DNA of 32,000 nucleotides, from assembly GCA_003858585.1 (NCBI GenBank), contig RQZE01000001.1:30001-62000 (forward strand), in the 5' to 3' direction. The position numbers and the translations under genes are program-made. The number at the start of each line of letters is the position of its first letter. The stretch's first letter is position 1. Positions 27,752 to 32,000 of the stretch are shown here, piece by piece. This DNA comes from Erysipelotrichaceae bacterium OH741_COT-311. GTDB taxonomy: Bacteria; Bacillota_I; Bacilli_A; Erysipelotrichales; Erysipelotrichaceae. Below the pieces are notes generated by a model. That model was not told where the DNA came from. It saw nothing but the letters and a program-made list of their open reading frames with translations, and searched no databases.

Positions 27752-27975
27752 ACTATCCTCCAAAATAAAAAGTTCCTTCTTACAAAGGAACGAAATCATC
27801 GCGGTACCATCCTAATTCATGCTATGCATGCACCTTAATTCCTCTATTAACGCTAGAGAAACGTTGTTTATTAAACACTCTCAAAAGGAGCTTCTCATTA
27901 CTTCTTAAATGATTTCCATCAACCATCATCTTTCTATATAAGAAGGTAATAATACTAATCTTTCTCACTGATTTC
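27752..27975 (-). promoter_or_regulatory. T-box riboswitch leader, alanine-specific, controlling alaS
   Basis: On the minus strand the T-box sequence AATTAGGATGGTACCGCG lies at 27817-27800. The candidate specifier GAA-GCT (Ala) is at 27891-27889, on the 3' side of a long Stem I that has AGTGA / TGAGAG K-turn-like and AGTA elements. An F-box-like GCGTTA is present. The antiterminator (AGGA / bulge TGGTACC / TCCT) competes with the terminator. Confidence 0.85.
27762..27791 (-). terminator. Intrinsic terminator of the alaS T-box expression platform
   Basis: The minus strand reads GTTCCTT-TGTAAG-AAGGAAC (27791-27772) followed by TTTTTATTTT. The 5' arm overlaps the 3' strand of the antiterminator. 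Confidence 0.8.
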
Positions 27976-27981
27976 TATAAA

Positions 27982-28010
27982 AATATATCACAATTTTAGA
28001 ATAAAAACAA
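27982..28010 (-). promoter_or_regulatory. Promoter of the alaS T-box leader
   Basis: The minus strand reads TTGTTT (28010-28005), a 17-nt spacer, then TATATT (27987-27982) preceded by TGa (extended -10). Confidence 0.6.
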
Positions 28011-28034
28011 TAATATTAATGTAGTTTTACACCT

Positions 28035-30185
28035 TTAAATGCAAAAACGCTTTACTAAAGTAGACTTACGCACTACTTCATTTTCATTCCGTACACCACT
28101 TAAAAAATAATGCAATTCACCAAGAAGTACCAAAGATTTTTTGGCTCTTGTAATCGCTGTATAAAGCAACTTCTTTTGTAACATTTTGTTTTGACTCTTT
28201 ACAATAGGCATAATCACAATTGGATATTCACTTCCTTGTGATTTATGTACGGATATACAATAAGCCAAAGTAATGTTCTGAAGCAATTCACCATAATATT
28301 CAACATAATTTCCATCAAAATCTACGATAAAACGTAATTTATTATCTATATCCTCAATTGGGAAGACAATCTCAATTAATGTACCAATGTCCCCATTGTA
28401 TACATTATCTTCCGGTTGATTTTTAAGTTGTAACACTTTATCCTGTTCTCTAAATGTATATTTACCTAACTTATATTCTTTTTTATAATGCTCTTTAGGA
28501 TTAAACATCTCTTGTAACTTTATATTTAAATGTTCAATTCCACATATTCCTGCATACATGCAAGATAACACCTGTATATCATTTAAAGTATATCCCTTAT
28601 CTAAAGCGTGTTGAACAACCTGTAGTAACATATCTTTTGTGTTATATTCACTAGCTTGAAAAAACTTAATATCTTGTTTATACGATGAAAAATCCACTTG
28701 GTTTTGTTTAATATCTTCAGCCAAAGAAATAATATCATTACCACTTGATTGACGAAAAATATGTTTTAAACGTATTACTTGAAAACAATTTGATTCAATT
28801 AAATCCTTTAGTAAACGACCACAAGATACACTAGGTAGTTGATCTTCATCACCAATAATACAAATTTTTTTGACATTTAAACTTGCTTGTAAGAGTTTAT
28901 AAAATAAATAATTATCAACCATTGAAAACTCATCAATAATCAATACATCATATTCAATAGGATGGTTACTATCATGAGAAAACACATTAGTATGTAAATC
29001 CCACTTTAATAAAGAATGTATAGTATAACTTTCAACATTACATATCTCCATAAGACGTTTTGCAGCTCTACCTGTCGGTGCAATACACGCGATTTTATCT
29101 TGTGGATATATTTTTTTATAAATATCAACCATAGCCTTTACTACCGTTGTTTTACCAGTACCCGGTCCACCGGTTAAAATCATAAAATCATGTTCAAATA
29201 AGCTGGATATCGCATTAATCTGTTTTTGATCGTAGTCTATACAATCCGCTTTTTGTTGTAATTCAATAAACGCCAATATATCTGCTTGTTTTGATCGTTC
29301 ATTATAACTATAAGGAAAATTTAATAAATAGTTCGCAATGTATGTTTCAGCTAAATATTGTGATGCATGAAAAATATAAGATTCTTCTTGATATAGTTTT
29401 TTATGTTTCAAAGCATGCGTTAAGGCTACTTCAAACTCTTCTTGATGAAAAGAAGTAGTAAACATATCTCTTAGATTTTCATAAGAAATATAAGTATCTC
29501 CAGTTTTAAAACAAGATTGCATCACCATTGATACTAAATATGCTTCTAAACGATAAGGATGTGTTAGTGGAAACTGCAAAGAATGTGCTAAAGCATCACA
29601 CATTTGAAAACTAACACCATAAATATCATCTATCATACGATAAGGATTTTCACTTAATAATTCAATGGTTTGATTTCCATATTCTTTTTGTATTTTCGCA
29701 ATTGTATGACTTCCTAACCCCTTAACATTTAAAAACTGAATGACTTTATAACCTTCCTGTTGACTTTCTGCAATACCTTTTAAAATAGTATCTTTACGTT
29801 TGACAGTCATCTTGGGCACACGATCCAATATATCTGGATTTTCTTGAATAAGTTGCAAGCAGTTCTCTTTTAATTTATCCACTATTAAAGTCGCAAACTT
29901 AATTCCAATTCCCGGAAAATGTGGTCCACTAAAATATTCAATTAAACGCTCATACGAATTTAAAATTATTTCTTCTACATGTTGAGCCTTAAATTGTATC
30001 CCATACTTACTATGCTCTGTATAAGTACCCGTTACTTTATAGTTGACCTCATCCAATATCACATCTGAAAAAACATCAACAATTGTGATGCTTTCTTGAT
30101 TCTTTACAAGTCGAGCTTGATAAATAGAAGATCCACTTGGACTTGTATAAATTAAATATTTAAAGGTTACTTCAATTGTATCCAT
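28035..30185 (-). CDS. recD2: ATP-dependent RecD-like DNA helicase (RecD2/YrrC)
   Basis: The 716-aa protein has Walker A GGPGTGKTT and Walker B LIIDEFSM, a C-terminal SF1B region (ISVHKSQGSEYP...LYTAITRAKK) and an N-terminal HhH region. It starts 1 nt after the mnmA stop. Confidence 0.9.
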   Translation of the reverse strand: MDTIEVTFKYLIYTSPSGSSIYQARLVKNQESITIVDVFSDVILDEVNYKVTGTYTEHSKYGIQFKAQHVEEIILNSYERLIEYFSGPHFPGIGIKFATLIVDKLKENCLQLIQENPDILDRVPKMTVKRKDTILKGIAESQQEGYKVIQFLNVKGLGSHTIAKIQKEYGNQTIELLSENPYRMIDDIYGVSFQMCDALAHSLQFPLTHPYRLEAYLVSMVMQSCFKTGDTYISYENLRDMFTTSFHQEEFEVALTHALKHKKLYQEESYIFHASQYLAETYIANYLLNFPYSYNERSKQADILAFIELQQKADCIDYDQKQINAISSLFEHDFMILTGGPGTGKTTVVKAMVDIYKKIYPQDKIACIAPTGRAAKRLMEICNVESYTIHSLLKWDLHTNVFSHDSNHPIEYDVLIIDEFSMVDNYLFYKLLQASLNVKKICIIGDEDQLPSVSCGRLLKDLIESNCFQVIRLKHIFRQSSGNDIISLAEDIKQNQVDFSSYKQDIKFFQASEYNTKDMLLQVVQHALDKGYTLNDIQVLSCMYAGICGIEHLNIKLQEMFNPKEHYKKEYKLGKYTFREQDKVLQLKNQPEDNVYNGDIGTLIEIVFPIEDIDNKLRFIVDFDGNYVEYYGELLQNITLAYCISVHKSQGSEYPIVIMPIVKSQNKMLQKKLLYTAITRAKKSLVLLGELHYFLSGVRNENEVVRKSTLVKRFCI

Positions 30186-30186
30186 A

Positions 30187-31356
30187 TCATCTATCTTTCA
30201 AATACTGAGTTAAAATTTCTTTTTTATCTTGTCCATGTAAAAAGACTTGACTGATAACCCCACCACCCAATACTAAATCATCCAAATAAAATACTGCTTG
30301 TTGTCCCAGTGTTACAGCTTTTACTTTTTGTGGATAACTTAATAATACTGTTGTTTCATCTATGAAAGATAGTTCCACATCATTGTCTTGTTGTCGATAA
30401 CGAAACTTTGCCTGACACTTTAAACTTCTTTCTACTTTGAAATTTGCTAACCAATTAACATCTTTTACAATACATTGATCCGAATATAGCCATTGTTCAT
30501 CCTTTTCATTTGCAACATACAACTCATTCTTATACACATCTTTATCTACAACAAAATATGGTCCCCCACTTCCACCAATACCTAAGCCTTTTCTTTGCCC
30601 AGTTGTATAATATAAAACTCCTTGATGGCGACCGATTACTTTGCATGTTGATAAATCTATAATATCTCCTGGCTTCATTGGTAAGTAATTACTTAAAAAT
30701 TCTCTAAAATGACGTTCACCAATAAAGCATATACCGGTTGAATCTTTCTTTTTTGCAATGGAAAGCTTTAGTTCACTAGCAATTCTACGTACTTCATGTT
30801 TATCAATCTCACCCAACGGAAATAAGGTCTTGCTTAAGGCTTCTTTTGGTACCTGAGATAAAAAATAGGATTGATCTTTATTTAAATCATAGGCTTTTTT
30901 CATCACGTAACTACCGTTTTCATAACTAACTTTAGCATAATGACCGGTTGCCATATACTCAAAACCTAGTTTTTTAGCATAGTCTAAAAAGCTATGAAAC
31001 TTAATATATTTATTACATAAGATATCCGGATTAGGTGTATAACCTCTTTTATAATCATTTAAAAAAGATTGAAAAACATAATCCCAATATTCTTTAATAA
31101 AATCGATGCGTAATAATTTTAAACCTAGACTATCGGCAACACTTAAAGCATCTAAATAATCCATTTCTTGACTACAGATTTCATTATCTAATGTAGGATT
31201 GCCTAAAGTATCATTATTAGTCATAGAGTCCCAATTACGCATAAAACAACAAGTAACATCATGTCCTTGTTGTTTCAATAAATATGCAGCTATTGCAGAG
31301 TCCACTCCACCTGATAATCCAACTAAAATTTTCATATTTTTAATAAAAATAGACAC
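30187..31356 (-). CDS. mnmA: tRNA 2-thiouridine(34) synthase MnmA
   Basis: It has the PP-loop VGLSGGVDSA plus motifs TPNPDILCN and KDSTGICFIG. The start is uncertain: either the GTG at 31356 with a weak AGG upstream, or the ATG at 31335 (MKILVGLSGG) with no obvious RBS. Confidence 0.9.
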   Translation of the reverse strand: MSIFIKNMKILVGLSGGVDSAIAAYLLKQQGHDVTCCFMRNWDSMTNNDTLGNPTLDNEICSQEMDYLDALSVADSLGLKLLRIDFIKEYWDYVFQSFLNDYKRGYTPNPDILCNKYIKFHSFLDYAKKLGFEYMATGHYAKVSYENGSYVMKKAYDLNKDQSYFLSQVPKEALSKTLFPLGEIDKHEVRRIASELKLSIAKKKDSTGICFIGERHFREFLSNYLPMKPGDIIDLSTCKVIGRHQGVLYYTTGQRKGLGIGGSGGPYFVVDKDVYKNELYVANEKDEQWLYSDQCIVKDVNWLANFKVERSLKCQAKFRYRQQDNDVELSFIDETTVLLSYPQKVKAVTLGQQAVFYLDDLVLGGGVISQVFLHGQDKKEILTQYLKDR

Positions 31357-31364
31357 GCTTGTGC

Positions 31365-31799
31365 CTATTCTAATTCCTTTCTAACTTTTCCACACGTAGA
31401 ATAATGTTTACAATTAATATCACATGAACTTAAGGATAATTTACGTAACTCAGGAGGAACAAAGGCATCTATTTCCTCTGAGTCATAGCCTACTTGAAAG
31501 TTACGTTCACTAATGATAATCGGTCTTCTAAGTATCGAAGGATTATCGACAATAAAATCTACCAACTCATTAATCGTCATGCTATCTAAATCAACTTTAC
31601 TTTCTTGAATGATTTTACTGCGTTTTGAAATGATATCTTCTGTACCATTTTCACTTCTTTGTAAAAGGAGTTTAACTTCATTTTTATTTAAAAGCGTAGT
31701 AAAAATATTCTTTTCCACAAAAGGTAAAGCTCGTTCTTTTAACCAACTTTTAACTTTGCGACAAGATGCGCAACCTGGTGATGTATATACAACAATCAT
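31365..31799 (-). CDS. spx: Spx/ArsC-family global transcriptional regulator with an extended Cys-rich C-terminus
   Basis: It has an N-terminal CxxC (YTSPGCASCRK), then GTEDIISKRSK, LRRPII and QVGY, collinear with B. subtilis Spx. At 144 aa it is 13 aa longer than the 131-aa B. subtilis protein. An AGGAG RBS lies 7 nt upstream of the ATG. Confidence 0.85.
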   Translation of the reverse strand: MIVVYTSPGCASCRKVKSWLKERALPFVEKNIFTTLLNKNEVKLLLQRSENGTEDIISKRSKIIQESKVDLDSMTINELVDFIVDNPSILRRPIIISERNFQVGYDSEEIDAFVPPELRKLSLSSCDINCKHYSTCGKVRKELE

Positions 31800-31818
31800 T
31801 TAATCACTCCTATACAAT

Positions 31819-31847
31819 ATTATACAAACACTTGCCTAATCTATCAA
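31819..31847 (-). promoter_or_regulatory. Sigma-A type promoter for spx
   Basis: The minus strand reads TTGATA (31847-31842), a 17-nt spacer, then TATAAT (31824-31819). Confidence 0.6.
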
Positions 31848-31854
31848 TAATTTA

Positions 31855-31883
31855 TTGAAATAATCCTGTATTTATATTATGAT
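31855..31883 (+). promoter_or_regulatory. Candidate promoter for the divergent permease gene
   Basis: The plus strand reads TTGAAA (31855-31860), a 17-nt spacer, then TATGAT (31878-31883). Confidence 0.5.
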
Positions 31884-31911
31884 TTTACTAATATTTAAGG
31901 ATGGTATATTT

Positions 31912-32000
31912 ATGGAAAAAATGCATAAACAAGGAAAATTTGGACTCTCTACAACCATTGCGATGATTATTGGTATTGTTATTGGTTCTGGCATTTTTTT
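31912..32000 (+). CDS. Amino acid (APC-type) permease, N-terminal fragment running off the window
   Basis: The ATG at 31912 has an AAGGA upstream. The translation MEKMHKQGKFGLSTTIAMIIGIVIGSGIF has the first TM helix and the GSGIF motif typical of amino acid permeases. Only 29 codons are visible. Confidence 0.5.
   Translation, partial: MEKMHKQGKFGLSTTIAMIIGIVIGSGIF

Noticed and set aside
27752-27799. The ORF track extends alaS by 16 codons at the N-terminus (MISFLCKKELFILEDS).
   Set aside because: This stretch contains the T-box terminator stem, its T-run and the GGAGG RBS for the ATG at 27751. AlaRS proteins normally begin MKKLTG-like.
1-32000. I considered the Mollicutes genetic code (TGA = Trp), given the very AT-rich sequence and short SMC.
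   Set aside because: TGA is used as the stop codon of xseA, dxs, xerD, comEA, ireB and mnmA at positions that give normal-length proteins. Trp is encoded by TGG throughout.
1-32000. I looked for CRISPR arrays, long direct or inverted repeats, IS elements, toxin-antitoxin pairs and defence gene cassettes.
   Set aside because: By eye I found no regularly spaced repeats. Every ORF longer than about 80 aa not explained as an antisense shadow has a confident housekeeping assignment. A computational repeat search (self dot-plot) would be needed to exclude short dispersed repeats.

Overview
This window looks like ordinary core chromosome from a strongly AT-rich, low-GC Firmicute. It uses the standard code: TGA terminates xseA, dxs, xerD, comEA and mnmA. 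It is densely packed with housekeeping genes whose order closely follows known Bacillus subtilis neighbourhoods. A plus-strand block (1-8286) carries xseA(partial)-xseB-ispA-dxs-recN-dinB, then xerD-deoB. A long minus-strand block (8359-31799) carries, in transcription order, spx-mnmA-recD2 | T-box-alaS | ireB-ruvX-DUF1292-mltG-udk-greA-comEA-comEC-holA-sdaA-U32 | smc-ftsY-ylxM-ackA-nrnA | hup. A permease gene starts on the plus strand at the right edge. Many gene junctions overlap (ATGA type) or are only 1-10 nt apart, which suggests translational coupling. The only clear structured RNA is an alanine-specific T-box leader in front of alaS. I also found several rho-independent terminators and near-consensus sigma-A type promoters. 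I see no mobile elements, CRISPR arrays, tRNA or rRNA genes, defence-like genes, unassignable ORFs or large unexplained intergenic regions, so I do not find a convincing novel system here. The points worth a second look are modest: an Spx paralogue with a Cys-rich C-terminal tail, a long-form U32 Fe-S protein and a single-chain serine dehydratase coupled to holA, an SMC with short arms, and some rearrangements relative to Bacillus synteny. The taxonomic guess (Erysipelotrichales-like or related low-GC Bacilli) is inference only.
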